NCBI GenBank assembly: GCA_963749655.1
Contig: CAVVOB010000039.1
Location: 1 to 64,000, forward strand
Origin: Nitrospirota bacterium
GTDB lineage: Bacteria > Nitrospirota > UBA9217
Direction: 5' to 3'
Length of the DNA stretch: 64,000 nucleotides
The notes beneath the pieces were generated by a model that was not told where the DNA came from, made no database searches, and worked only from the letters and a program-made list of their open reading frames with translations. Made by a program: the position numbers and the translations under genes. Below, in pieces: positions 42,795-54,181 of the stretch; the stretch's first letter is position 1; each line of letters starts with the position of its first letter.

Positions 42795-44787
42795 TCATGA
42801 TCCGAATATGAGCAGCAGGATCAGTGTAATCAGAATGTATCCCAGGTAGAGCTGAAGGCTTCCGGACTGCAGCAGCTTCACCTTGCCTGCGATGGAATTG
42901 ATAAACCGCGTCGTCGGTTCATACACGTACCGTTCGAAGAACGGCGTGATATCGCCGCCGTACCGCATCGAGGTTACAAAAAATGGCTTGAGCGCATAGC
43001 GGACCTTCAGGTCACGACTCGGGAGGTAGATGCGCTTGTAGATGATCCGAAGCGGCTTGGTAAAGGCCGTGGCCGTATACTGCATGCGGGAAGTGAGGCC
43101 GGGAATGCCGCAATCCCAGGAATCGGCGATAACGGTCTTTCGCTTTCCGCCGACGACCTTGATGAAGATCCAGGCGGCAGCAAACAGAAAAATCATGGTT
43201 ATGACAATGGCCGCCGGAGACAGGGCCGACGAGGTCTGTCCGATGCTCAGCCCTCCCCGGTGCACAAGCGTCGCAGCCCCACCGGTCAGGGAGAAGACCG
43301 CCGGAGACAGAATTTCCAGCGCCGGTCCGGGAAAGATCCCGAAGAGCAGGCAGGGCACGGCGAGCATGGCCATTCCGACAACCATCCAGAGCGACGCCTC
43401 GCGTGCTTCTCCCGCCTGCGTGGTCCGGGGCATGCCGAGAAAAGAAATGCCGAAGGCCTTGACAAAACCGGCTGCAGCGATGGCGCCGGTCAGCGCAAGC
43501 GCCGCGCCGCCCAGGGGGGACACGATCTTTGCGGCCACGGACGGCGACTGGTAGCCGAGCAGCAGCGCCTGGTAGGTCAGCCATTCGCTCACGAAACCGT
43601 TCGTGGGCGGCAGCGCGCAGATCGAAAGTGCGCCGAACAGGAAGAAAAGCCCCGTCCAGGGCATCCTCTTCAGCAAGCCGCCGAGGTGCTCCATGTTCGC
43701 CGATCCGGTGCTGCTGATGATCGATCCGGCTCCGAGAAAAAGAGCGCCCTTGAACAGGGCGTGGTTCAGCACGTGGAACAAGGCCGCTGTAAGAGCGATC
43801 GCGGAGAGGGCGTACAGGCCGTTGCTCTTGAACATCATCGCGGCGCCGACGCCGAGCAGGATGATGCCGATATTCTCCACGCTCGAGTAGGCAAGAAAGA
43901 GCTTCAGGTCGTTCTCGATGAGGCGCGTAGAGGATCCCCAGGAGGGCTGACACCGCACCGACGGCGATCACCGCGAGCCCCCACCATTCCGGCCCCTGCC
44001 CCATGACGTCCAGGCAGATCCTGATGATGCCGTAAATGCCCATCTTGACCATGAGGCCCGACATCAGCGCCGCAACATGGGACGGCGCAACGGGATAGGC
44101 GCGGGGTATCCAGGTATGGAGCGGAACGATCCCCGCCTTGGTGCCGAAGCCGATCACGGAAAAAAGAAAGACAATCGATTTCAGACCAGCGGGAACGCCG
44201 GACATCCCGGCCTTCATTCCTTCGAAATCCATCCGGCCCGTCGTCCGGTAGAGAATGAAAAAGAGCACGATGATGAAGGCCGTGCCGATATGGGTCATGA
44301 CGGCGTAAAAAATTCCGCCGCGCGCCGCCTTCGCGGTCCGTTCGAGCGTCACCAGAAAATAGGAGGCGATCGCCATGGTTTCCCACGAGACCAGGAACGT
44401 GAAAAGGTCCGCGGAAAGCACCACGGCATAGAGGCTCAGGACCAGGATGTTAAAGAACAAGCCGGCCGTACCGGCGTGGGGCAGATTGCGGGAAACCCCT
44501 GCGGCATAGAGCGACACTGCTATCGAGACAACCGCTATCACGACCACGAAAAATCCCGACAGGGCGTCTCCACGCAGAGAAAACCCGACTATCGACGACA
44601 CGGAAAGCGGCTGATAGGACACAGGAGCGACAAAGGTGAGTACTAAACCGAGAGCAAGGAAACTGACCGAGCCGAAGAGGGAAAACAGGTAGGACGCAGA
44701 TCTTGTTTTTGCTGCTGGTACGAGTGCGCTTGCCGCACCCACTGCAAACAATACGATACCCCAAAGAAGAAAATGTTCCGTTTCCAT
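42795..44787 (-). CDS. hyfB: Ehr module 2 HyfB-like subunit; frameshift near 43925
   Basis: GTKAGIVPLHTW, LAYSSVENIG, LPPTNGFVSEW, WDCG, MQYT. Confidence 0.88.
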
Positions 44788-44854
44788 TAAAAAAGAACCC
44801 ATTCTGTCAAAAATCAGGTCGGCTGTGACGGCTACGACCGCGTTACGATGCCGT

Positions 44855-44882
44855 AGTATATTCCATTAAGACGTTTTGTCAA
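44855..44882 (-). promoter_or_regulatory. Sigma70-type promoter upstream of the Ehr modules
   Basis: TTGACA-16 bp-TATACT on the minus strand. Confidence 0.55.
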
Positions 44883-44905
44883 GAAAAAATTCGTTCCTTC
44901 ACTGC

Positions 44906-46053
44906 TCAAGCCATTCTCCGGACCCTCAAGACTCTTCCTGCAGCAACGGCAAGAACCGCTGCTGTGCAGCTCAGCATGGCGCCCATCTTGGCCGCGCCCT
45001 GGTGCAGAGGGTCGATGAACGCCACGCCGGAGACGAAGAGCGCGACCGTGAAACCGAAGCCGGCGATGATGCCTGCCACAAGCAGTTCCGTCTTCCGCAT
45101 GGACCCCGGCAGAGGGAAACCAAGCGTAACGGCAAGCGACCCGAGAAGAAATATCCCTCCGGTCTTCCCGACAAGCAGGGCGGCAAGCACCAGCCACGTC
45201 GCCGTCCCCATGCTGGAGAATTCCACGCCTGCATTCGCGAGACCGAACAGCAACAGGCCGAAGTCCACAATAATTTTCCAATCGTGTTCGAATTGCGCGA
45301 TCGCGGACATGTCTAACCTGTCTTCCTCGAAGAGGTGCTTCTTTTCATACTTCGCAGCGGGCAGGAACGGAATAATAAAGACCAGCGCTAGCGCCGGATG
45401 GAGATGAGCAAAATGAAGACCGGACCAGGACAAGACTCCACCCGCAAGCACCGCAGGCCAGTATGATCGTACGCCCCGCTTCCTGAACAGGGATGCCGAG
45501 GCCATCCCGGCCGCAGTCAATAGGAGCCACAGGGGCTGGACCGGGAACCGGGGGTCAGGATAAAAAATGGCGATGATGGCCAGCCCGATCCCGTCGTCGG
45601 CCACGGCAAGGAGCAGGAGGAAAGCGACCGCTGGATGATTTGCCCCGAAGATCATGCGCGCCACGAGCCAGGCAAAGGCGATGTCCGTTGCTGTCGGCAC
45701 CCCCCACCCCTGGCAAGTTCAGGAGCGCCGATGACGCGGTTGAGGGCAAGATAGACGACGGCAGGGCCGATCACGCCGCCAAGGGTGGCGAGCAGCGGAT
45801 TGACGGACTTCCTGACCGGATAGAGGTCCCCTCCGGGCATGAAACTCTGGGTGATCTCGACCGCTGCGATCCCGAAGAAGAACACCATGAAGATGTCGTT
45901 GGTCAGAAAGTGAAAGCTGAGCGGACCCCAAAAAGTATGATGGAGAAAACGGCCGTAGCTTTCCGGCGACGCGTTTGCCCAGACCAGCGCCGCGATGACT
46001 CCGCAGAGGAGCGGAACGGAAAATTCCCGGAGCAGATTCAGTCGTTCTTTCAA
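44906..46053 (-). CDS. nhaA: Na+/H+ antiporter NhaA; frameshift near 45705
   Basis: NDIFMVFFFG, PTATDIAFAW, LAVADDG, GFTVALF. Confidence 0.92.
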
Positions 46054-46124
46054 AAGCAGGCCCCTTCATAACGGGTATCGGACAACTGCAGCCATGCTAA
46101 CAACGGCCGTCTGCGATGTCAAAC

Positions 46125-46152
46125 AAAAAAGGGCGGCCGCTGGGCCGCCCTT
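46125..46152 (-). terminator. Rho-independent terminator after the DUF1634 gene
   Basis: GGGCGGCC-cagc-GGCCGCCC followed by T6 on the minus strand. Confidence 0.75.
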
Positions 46153-46188
46153 CAAAACTTTTCCGTAGCCGCACAATGCCGGTTCGGA

Positions 46189-46605
46189 TTAATGCCCGCT
46201 TTTCAAGATGCCGCTTGCCGCAAGCGCGAGTACCAGCACTTCGGCAATGGCGATGATGAGGTAGGCAGTCATTTTTTTTCTGGCCAGGATCGGGATGATC
46301 ACGGCATAGCACAGGATCGTAAGACCCGACAGGATCGCGATGCCGACGAAATTCAGATAGTCGCCCTTTCCCACCAGCGCCGTCCAGTTCCAGCCCGTGG
46401 GCGCGTTCAGAGCAACGTTGAAATCATGGACGCGCATGGTCCAGTATTTCGGCAGATCATTGATCGGCACATGACTCGGGAGGACACCCGAGATGTACAC
46501 AAAAAAGGTGATGATGAGCAGGGCAAGTCCGAACCACATCCCGATATTGAGGACCTTTGCGTAGGCTATTTGTTCTTCCGATGCCTTGGTTCTTTCATTC
46601 GTCAT
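46189..46605 (-). CDS. DUF1634-like membrane protein
   Basis: EQIAYA, GWNW...GDYLNFVGI; usual partner of TauE. Confidence 0.8.
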   Translation of the reverse strand: MTNERTKASEEQIAYAKVLNIGMWFGLALLIITFFVYISGVLPSHVPINDLPKYWTMRVHDFNVALNAPTGWNWTALVGKGDYLNFVGIAILSGLTILCYAVIIPILARKKMTAYLIIAIAEVLVLALAASGILKSGH

Positions 46606-46617
46606 TTTTCATTCCTC

Positions 46618-47640
46618 CTATGGCCAGATTCCCAGTCCCTTGAGCAGGGACCTGAGTCCTGCAAAGAGCAGGAGCACGATAACCATCCACTTGATCGCTT
46701 TCGGCTTGGCCTTGGCGAGGATCTTCACCCCGATAATGGAACCGAACATGATGCCGACCAGGGATGGAACGACGATCATCGGGAGCACGGCCCCCTGATT
46801 GATGTAGACCCAGGCTGCGGAGGTGTCGGTTATCGAGAGCAGGAACTTGCTGGTGGCCACTGAAATTTTAAGGGGAGCCCCCATCATCAGGTTGAGAACG
46901 GGGACGTTCGCCCATCCGGCGCCGAGACCGAACATGCCTGCCATGACGCCGATCACGATGAACAGGGCCAGCCCCAGGGGCGTCTTATGGACCGTCCACT
47001 CCACGTCCTTGCCGAGGGATTCCTCCCGGTAGATGCCCATGATCCCCAGGCTCTGCGCCAGATTGTCCGGCTTGGGTACGATCGGAAAATCGGACTTCTT
47101 GGCAGTTGCCATGATGATGACAATGAAAAGGATCGTCGCGCCGAGGAGGGTGTTCACGACATTGGGCTTGAGCGCGAGACCGATCATGGCGCCCACAATG
47201 GCAGCCGCCGAAGCGATGAGCGCGACGGGAATCGCCAGCCTCAGGCTGGCCAGGTTCCGCTTCAGCAGGCCGGGACCAGCGGCAAGCGCTCCGGCGAGGG
47301 CGACGAGCAGACCGGCGCCGCGGACAAAATCGATATTGAAGGGGAAAAAGCCGCCCACGATCGGGACGAACAATACGCCTCCTCCCACGCCGCCGAGCAC
47401 TGCCAGGATTCCAAGTATGAACGTAGTGATGAACAGCGCCAGCGGCCAGATCCACCAGGGTGTGGTAGACACAGGCGCAGCAGGAGCCGGCGCGGGCGCT
47501 GCAGCTGGGGCCCCGCCGTGGCCTGCCGCGGTTGCCGCTGCTGCCGCAGGCGCCGCGTCCTGCGACGCGAATGCAGCACCGGCCGCAACGAGCGCGATGA
47601 ATAGAAGCAGGAGAACAATCTTACTGTTTCGAGCTAGCAT
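46618..47640 (-). CDS. Sulfite exporter TauE/SafE family protein
   Basis: GGVGGGVLFVP, GMFGLGAGWANVP, VATSKF; Ala/Pro-rich N-terminal linker. Confidence 0.9.
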   Translation of the reverse strand: MLARNSKIVLLLLFIALVAAGAAFASQDAAPAAAAATAAGHGGAPAAAPAPAPAAPVSTTPWWIWPLALFITTFILGILAVLGGVGGGVLFVPIVGGFFPFNIDFVRGAGLLVALAGALAAGPGLLKRNLASLRLAIPVALIASAAAIVGAMIGLALKPNVVNTLLGATILFIVIIMATAKKSDFPIVPKPDNLAQSLGIMGIYREESLGKDVEWTVHKTPLGLALFIVIGVMAGMFGLGAGWANVPVLNLMMGAPLKISVATSKFLLSITDTSAAWVYINQGAVLPMIVVPSLVGIMFGSIIGVKILAKAKPKAIKWMVIVLLLFAGLRSLLKGLGIWP

Positions 47641-48000
47641 TTCTTATTATTTCCTCCCTTTGGGCTATTTAAATGATGTTTTTTAATTCAACAGGCCTGT
47701 TATTTTGGATGAACTATTGCGTATTGCAAATGCCCAGTTACATTTTGCACGGCTGGTTATGTTATTATAATGACAGAGAAGTTGTCAAGAAAAATGTGCT
47801 TCATTGTGGTTGAATTATCATAAATTCATTAACTCATGTTATAAGAAACACTTATGAACAAGGTGAGGTTTCCCGATGAGGCGGGGGCATGTCGGACGCC
47901 CGGTAACTCCTCGATCGACCTTAATTGTCATCAGGGAAACGAAGACAGGAGTCGACGGAGAAGGATACGACAGGCAAAGCCCCAGCCACTGATCGACCTC

Positions 48001-51000
48001 TCAGAGCGCGCCCAGCCACGCCGTGAAGATCGATCTGACCTGCCTGCTCAACGACTCATAATCGGCAAGAAGCTTTTGTCCTGCAGGAGAGCCGTCATTC
48101 GAGTAGCCCATGCGGCGGGCAAGCTGATTCAGTTTTTCCGGGTCCCTCGCAAGAAGGCTCGTCGACTGGTTCGAAACGACCCGCATCCTGCTCTCGAGTC
48201 TTCGCAGGAAGAGGTACGCGCGCCTCAAAAGCCCGTAAGCCTCGTTGTCGATCAGTTTCAGCTTCAGAGCTGCCCTCAGCGCATTGAACGTGCCCGGGAC
48301 CCTCATGCTGACGTGGCGTTTGCCGTGGAGAAGCTGAAGATACTGGACCAGGAACTCGATGTCCACAAGCCCGCCTGCGCCCTGCTTGATGTTGTAGCAG
48401 ACCGCGCTCTCGTGTCCGGTTTCCTCTTCCATCCGTCTGCGCATGACCCGAATGTCCGCAGCAAGCCTGCTCCCGTCAGCGTCCTTGTAGATCAGGCTCT
48501 GAATAGCGCTGCAGAATTCCATTCCCACCGCGCGGTCCCCGGCCACGAACCGGGCGCGCAGCAGAGATTGAAGCTCCCAGGTCTCGGCCTGCGACGCATA
48601 ATATCCCCTGAATGCATCTATGCTCTGCGCCAGAGGCCCCTTGGATCCCGTCGGTCTGAGCCGGGTGTCGATCCGGAAAACGAACCCCTCGCGCGTGAGC
48701 GTAGAAAGGTAGGATATGGTTTTTTCGGCAACTTTACTGAAGAATTCAAAAACGCTCACGCCGGAGGGAAATGCGGCAGCCCGTGCTTCCGAATACACGA
48801 AGAGAATGTCGAGATCGGAGCCGTAAACGAGCTCTCTTCCGCCCAGTTTGCCGACGCCGATGATTGCCAGACCGTCAAAGGATCCTTCGATGCCGAGCCG
48901 TTTTCCGATTTCCGTCGCTGCCATGCGGAGAGCGGACGCCAGAGCATGCCTCGGCCAGTTTGGACAGCTCACGGGAAACGGCCATCTGACCGGCGCCGCT
49001 CAAAAGATCCGCCATCCCGATCCGGATCTCCTCCTGGTGTTTGAAGCGCCGGAGGACGTCGAGCTTTTCCGCGAGGTCCGCCCCATGGGACAGCGATTCC
49101 GCGAGCTCGTTGACAAGCCGTACAGAGGTTCCGGTCCCGTATGCCTTGCGGGACTCGATCATGTTCTGGAGGAAGATCGGCCTGCTCACGAGCAGGCGGG
49201 AAAGATACTCGCTGTTGGCGAAGACCGCGATCAGGACCTTCCCGGCCGACGGGTCGATCTTCGCCAGTGACTGAAAGGCCTCCCACGAGTCCTGGGCCGC
49301 GAGAAACGATTCGAGATGATTGAGCGCCATGTCGGGGTCCGGAGAGGAAACGATATCGCTGAAAAGCGGGGAGAACAATTCGCCGAATAACTTGCGGCTC
49401 CGAGGGGTCTGATGGACGAATGCGGGGCCCTCCTGAAGCAGCGCCAGGTTCCGATAAGCCTTACCGGGATCGCGAAATCCGAACGCTGCGAGCAGGGCAA
49501 CAGCCTCCTGCTCGGTTGTCTCCGCATCAAGGAGACGTCCGTAATCTCCTTCACGCTCGGGCTCACCGGACCCTTCTCCGGTAAAGGCGAACAACTCGTC
49601 ATAGATATCCCTCACCTGACGGGCATGGTTTGCGTAGTCCCGGAGCAGCAGCTCCGCCTCCCGGCGCGGTTCGATATATCCCATGCTTCTGGCGAGGGCG
49701 CGCAGGGCAGGCTCGTCCGCAGGCATGGTCTGGGTCTGGAGGTCATCCACGATCTGGATGCGGTGCTCCACGGTGCGGAGGAATACGTAAGCCTTCGCCA
49801 GCGCGGACTGTTCCTGGTAGGTGATCAGGCCCTTCTGGGAAAGCCGGTGGAGGGCCTTGAGCGCCGTCCTCTCGCGCAGCGAACGGTCCCGCCCGCCGTA
49901 GATGAGCTGAAGCGCCTGGATCACGAACTCGACCTCGCGGATGCCGCCGTACCCGAGCTTGACGTCCCGATGGGTCCTCCCCTTCTGCTCCACATCGCGG
50001 TTGATCTTCTGTTTCATCTCGCCGATCTCGGCGATGGCGCCGTAGTCCAGGTAGCGCCGGTATACGAAAGGAGTTATCCGCTCCAGGAACTCCCGACCCG
50101 TCTCCTCATCCCCGGCAACGGGCCTGGCCTTGATAAGAGCCGACCGCTCCCACGTCTGACCCCAGGACTCGTAGTAGATCTCGTACCCGCCGAGGCTCTG
50201 GGCAAGCGGCCCCCGCTGCCCCTCGGGGCGCAATCGCAGGTCGACTCGGAACACGAAGCCGTCCTCGGTCTTTTCTCCGATCAGGGAGCTCAGCTTTTCC
50301 GCAAGTTTGATGAAGTACTGGTGATTGGTGACGCGGTTCATCACTGTCCCGTCGGGCTGGGGAACGCCTTCCGTTTCCCCGTCTGCCGTGTATACGAACA
50401 TGAGGTCCACGTCGGAGCTGAAGTTGAGCTCCCGCCCCCCCAGCTTACCCATGGCAATCACCGCGAATCCCGCCGGCGACTGGTCGCCGTCGGAGCGCCG
50501 CAGCTGAGGTCGTCCATACCTGCTCCGGAGCCCTTCGTCGGCCCGTTCAAAGGCCCGCTGCAGGCAAACCTCGGCAAGATCGGACAGTTCCTCCACTACC
50601 TCCTGAAAGGTCGCGCCGAGAAGATCTCTCAGCCCGATCCTGAACAGTTCCTGTTTCCGGAACAGCCGCAAAATCCGGTATAAGGCCTTGTCGCCTGTCT
50701 CGTCCGCGGTCATGAACGCGAGGCGGCGGGACAGGGCCGCCTTGTCCACGGGCTTTGTCAGGAAATCAAACTCCGAAAACCATGCCAGACCGTCATCGGC
50801 ATGAGTAATGAGAAAGGTCGACAGGAAACGGCTCGCGCCGAAGATCGTGAGAAGCTGTCGAAGGGTGTCCGGCTTCGAGCGGCAGAGGGAAACAAATCCG
50901 GGCCTCCGGGCAATCGCTCCCAGAAACCGCTCAAGGTTGTTCAGCGCCATGTCGGGATCGGCGGAACGGGAAAGGGAGGCCGAGAGGGCCGGAAAGAGCG

Positions 51001-51136
51001 CTGAAAAATCGTCAGGACCCAGGGAGGAGGCAATCAGCTCCAGGTTCCGTTTCGCCTGTGCAGCGTCGAGAACGCACAATTTCTGCAATTGCTCTTCTGA
51101 GAGCGTTATCTGATTGTCAAATGGCATTTTTTCCAT
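48001..51136 (-). CDS. glnE: Glutamine synthetase adenylyltransferase/deadenylase GlnE; frameshift near 48935
   Basis: MGKLGGRELNFSSDVDL, RVDLRLRPEG, WERSALIKAR, second domain GKLGGRELVYGSDLD. Confidence 0.93.
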
Positions 51137-51316
51137 TATACTGATAAACAGAGACGCGTACAAGGGCAATGCATGGGCATGGATTCTCCTGAAGCCGCGG
51201 CACCGGTAATCGAGCGGCCTTATACGCGACCCGGCTTTGTGATTCTTATCTTTTGGATATAACGCGAAGTACAATGGATTTGACGACCACTCCAACGGAG
51301 CACCCGGCCGCCTGCA

Positions 51317-51724
51317 ATGCCTATGAAGGAACTCCAGGACAACCAGCTCTGTTATGTGTGCGGCAAAAATAACCCTCTCGGCCTTGCCGTCGATTTCGTG
51401 ATTGACCGGGATCATCGTTCCATCAGCGCTGCGTTCACACCCTCGGACTTTCATCAAGGCTATGCGGGGATCGTCCACGGGGGAATCCTGTCTTCCCTCC
51501 TCGACGAGGCCATGGCCAAGCTTGCCTTCAGCCTGGGGCTCTCCGTTGTGACCGCAGAGCTCATCGTCAAATTCAAGGCTCCGGCCTCGCCCCGTGACAC
51601 ATTGACCGTATCGGGCAGACTTACGGAAGAGACGAACAGGCTTATCCAGGCCGAGGCAAAGATCGAACGGGGCCTTGTGGTGATCGCCGAAGCAACGGGA
51701 AAACTGCTGAGAATCAGTTCATAG
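51317..51724 (+). CDS. PaaI-like hotdog-fold thioesterase
   Basis: CYVCGKNNPLG, HQGYAGIVHGG..LLDEAM. Confidence 0.88.
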   Translation: MPMKELQDNQLCYVCGKNNPLGLAVDFVIDRDHRSISAAFTPSDFHQGYAGIVHGGILSSLLDEAMAKLAFSLGLSVVTAELIVKFKAPASPRDTLTVSGRLTEETNRLIQAEAKIERGLVVIAEATGKLLRISS

Positions 51725-51806
51725 CCCGCAATTCATCGTGAGCGACGGGATTGCAGCGAACCGGCTCTTCAGCCGCGCAGAATTTTAAACACCCTATCTT
51801 AAAACT

Positions 51807-53951
51807 ATGACCTACACTAATAAACAAATCGTTGAACTGATCAAAGGAAGGCTCGGCAGGCCCATGCTCGTCCGCGAAATCATGCGCCAGCTGCGTCTCA
51901 AGGCTGATGACCGGCGCGGGCTCAAACAGGTCCTTAACGAACTGGTGCTCTCCGGCGACATCATAAAAACACGCGGGAACCGATACGGGCTGCCTGAAAA
52001 AATGGCGCTCGAAACCGGGATCTTCCAGGCCCATCCCCAGGGATACGGATTCGTCATCCCCGAGAAAAAAGGGAAAAGCGACATCTACATCTCCGCCCGG
52101 AGCCGGATCGACGCCATGGACGGAGACAAGGTCGTGGCCCGGGTCACCCCGCCGGTGGGCAAAAAGAAGGTCACCGGCAAACGGGAAGGTATGATCGTCC
52201 GCGTCCTCGAGCGCGCCCACACCAGGGTCGTCGGCACCTATGCACTGCCTGATCCCAAAACGGGGGGATACGGCTTCGTCGAACCCTTTGACGCCAAGCT
52301 CACGCAGGACCTCGTCGTGAGCCGGGAGCATGCGGGCGGCGCCAGCGCCGGAGACATCGTGTCGGCCGAGATCCTTTCCTATCCCATGCACGGCAGGCCG
52401 CCCGAGGGCAGGATCATCAAGGTCATCGGCAAACCGGGGCAGCCGGGCATTGATTCGGACCTCATCATCGAGCAGTACGAGCTGCCCGTCGAATTCACCC
52501 CTGAAGCGCTCCGTGAGGCCGATGCGATTCCCCAGCAGGTTTCTCCGGCCATGCGAAGGAACAGACGCGATCTCCGGGACCTCGACACGGTCACGATCGA
52601 CGGAGAAAAAGCGCGCGATTTCGACGATGCAATCTCGATCGAAAAGATCAAGACGGGGTACCGGCTCTGGGTCCACATTGCCGACGTGGCTCAGTACGTC
52701 AAGGAAGGGACCCTGCTTGATGAGGATGCATACCAGCGCGGAACGAGCGTGTACCTGCCGGACCGGGTCATCCCCATGCTGCCCATGCCCCTGTCCAACG
52801 GGATCTGCAGCCTGAACCCGAACGTCGACCGCCTGACGCTGACGTGCGAGATGGACATATCGCCCGCCGGCAACGTACTCCGGTATGACATCTATGAAAG
52901 TGTCATCAACAGCAACGAACGCATGACTTACACAGCGGTCAAGGAGATCCTGGTCGATAGACTGTTGTCGCAAAGAAAGCGGTACACCGCGCTGCTGGAA
53001 AAGTTCGAGCTCATGGCCGAGCTTATGGAGGTCCTGCGCTCCCGGCGCACCAAGAGAGGCAGCATCGACTTCGACCTGCCCGAGCCCGAGATCGTCCTCG
53101 ACCTGCAGGGACGCATGACCGACATCATCAGGGCCGAGCGGAACATGGCGCACCAGATCATTGAGGAGTTCATGCTCGCGGCGAACGAGACGGTGGCTGC
53201 GCACATCGAGGCCAAGGAGGCCCCTTTCATCTACCGCATCCATGAAGAGCCCGACGAGCTGAAGCTGGCGGACCTCGTGGAGTTTCTCGCCACACTCGGC
53301 ATTTCGCTTCCAACGGGGAAAAAAATCAAGCCCCGCCACCTCCAGAGCGCCCTTGCCAAGGCAAAAGGCACGCCCGAAGAGACCCTGATCAACACCGTCC
53401 TGCTGCGGACCATGAAACAGGCCCGTTATTCCGAGGAGAACCTCGGCCACTTCGGCCTTGCTGCGGAGACCTATACGCACTTTACCTCGCCCATCCGGCG
53501 CTTTCCCGATCTCATCGTGCACCGGGTCCTCAAGGCCGACATGAAAGGTGCGCTCCAGAACGCCGCCGTTGTCGAGCGTCTGGCCGAAAGCCTTCCCAAG
53601 GCGGCCCTCCACTGTTCCCAGCGCGAACGGAAGGCCATGGAAGCGGAACGGGACGTAATAACCATGCTGAAACTCCGGTTCATGGAGGACAAACTCGGCG
53701 AGGTATACCCGGGGATCATTACCGGGGTGATCCAGTTCGGATTCTTCGTGCAGCTTAAGGGGCTCTTTGTGGAAGGGCTTGTGCACGTCTCAACGCTCAC
53801 CGATGATTACTACCACTATATCGAGAAGCAGCACTGTCTGCGCGGGGAGCGGAAGAAAAGCGTCTATCGGATAGGAGATGAAGTGAAGGTGCGCGTGGAC
53901 CGCGTGGACACGGTCCGGAAGCGGATCGATTTCTCGCTGCCCGAGGCATAG
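51807..53951 (+). CDS. rnr: Ribonuclease R
   Basis: TIDGEKARDFDDA, RGTSVY, HFTSPIRRFPDLIVHR, S1 domain. Confidence 0.97.
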   Translation: MTYTNKQIVELIKGRLGRPMLVREIMRQLRLKADDRRGLKQVLNELVLSGDIIKTRGNRYGLPEKMALETGIFQAHPQGYGFVIPEKKGKSDIYISARSRIDAMDGDKVVARVTPPVGKKKVTGKREGMIVRVLERAHTRVVGTYALPDPKTGGYGFVEPFDAKLTQDLVVSREHAGGASAGDIVSAEILSYPMHGRPPEGRIIKVIGKPGQPGIDSDLIIEQYELPVEFTPEALREADAIPQQVSPAMRRNRRDLRDLDTVTIDGEKARDFDDAISIEKIKTGYRLWVHIADVAQYVKEGTLLDEDAYQRGTSVYLPDRVIPMLPMPLSNGICSLNPNVDRLTLTCEMDISPAGNVLRYDIYESVINSNERMTYTAVKEILVDRLLSQRKRYTALLEKFELMAELMEVLRSRRTKRGSIDFDLPEPEIVLDLQGRMTDIIRAERNMAHQIIEEFMLAANETVAAHIEAKEAPFIYRIHEEPDELKLADLVEFLATLGISLPTGKKIKPRHLQSALAKAKGTPEETLINTVLLRTMKQARYSEENLGHFGLAAETYTHFTSPIRRFPDLIVHRVLKADMKGALQNAAVVERLAESLPKAALHCSQRERKAMEAERDVITMLKLRFMEDKLGEVYPGIITGVIQFGFFVQLKGLFVEGLVHVSTLTDDYYHYIEKQHCLRGERKKSVYRIGDEVKVRVDRVDTVRKRIDFSLPEA

Positions 53952-53999
53952 GACGGCGGATTATACGTTTTGCGGCGCGATGATTTTGAAAAATGAATT

Positions 54000-54040
54000 A
54001 AAAAACGGGAACAGCGGCGTATCACGCCGCCCGTTCCCGT
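54000..54040 (-). terminator. Rho-independent terminator between the convergent rnr and phosphoesterase genes
   Basis: ACGGGAACGGGCGGCGT-gat-ACGCCGCTGTTCCCGT followed by a T-run on the minus strand. Confidence 0.75.
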
Positions 54041-54181
54041 GGATTCAGGCCGTCTGGCAGCCGGCAGGATATCTTAGATTATAAATTGACACTTCAGGCC
54101 ACAGCGTCTCGCGTGGTCCTCTCCGGTACTCCAACACCCCGATTTACCGAACGCGACATCCCTCGGCAATAAAATCACCTG

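Noticed and set aside
29457-44787. Active [NiFe] hydrogenase or formate hydrogenlyase
   Set aside because: Both large subunits lack the Ni-binding CxxC motifs; no fdh or hyp genes in the window
46054-46188. nhaA-type (Li+/Na+) riboswitch upstream of nhaA
   Set aside because: The region is explained by a terminator and a TTGACA-17 bp-TAGCAT promoter-like sequence; no riboswitch consensus recognised
47480-47590. GC-rich low-complexity stretch in tauE
   Set aside because: Encodes an ordinary Ala/Pro linker, not a DNA repeat element
47868-47940. CTGATGA...GAAAC on the minus strand suggesting a hammerhead ribozyme
   Set aside because: The two motifs pair with each other as a simple inverted repeat; stems II and III cannot be formed
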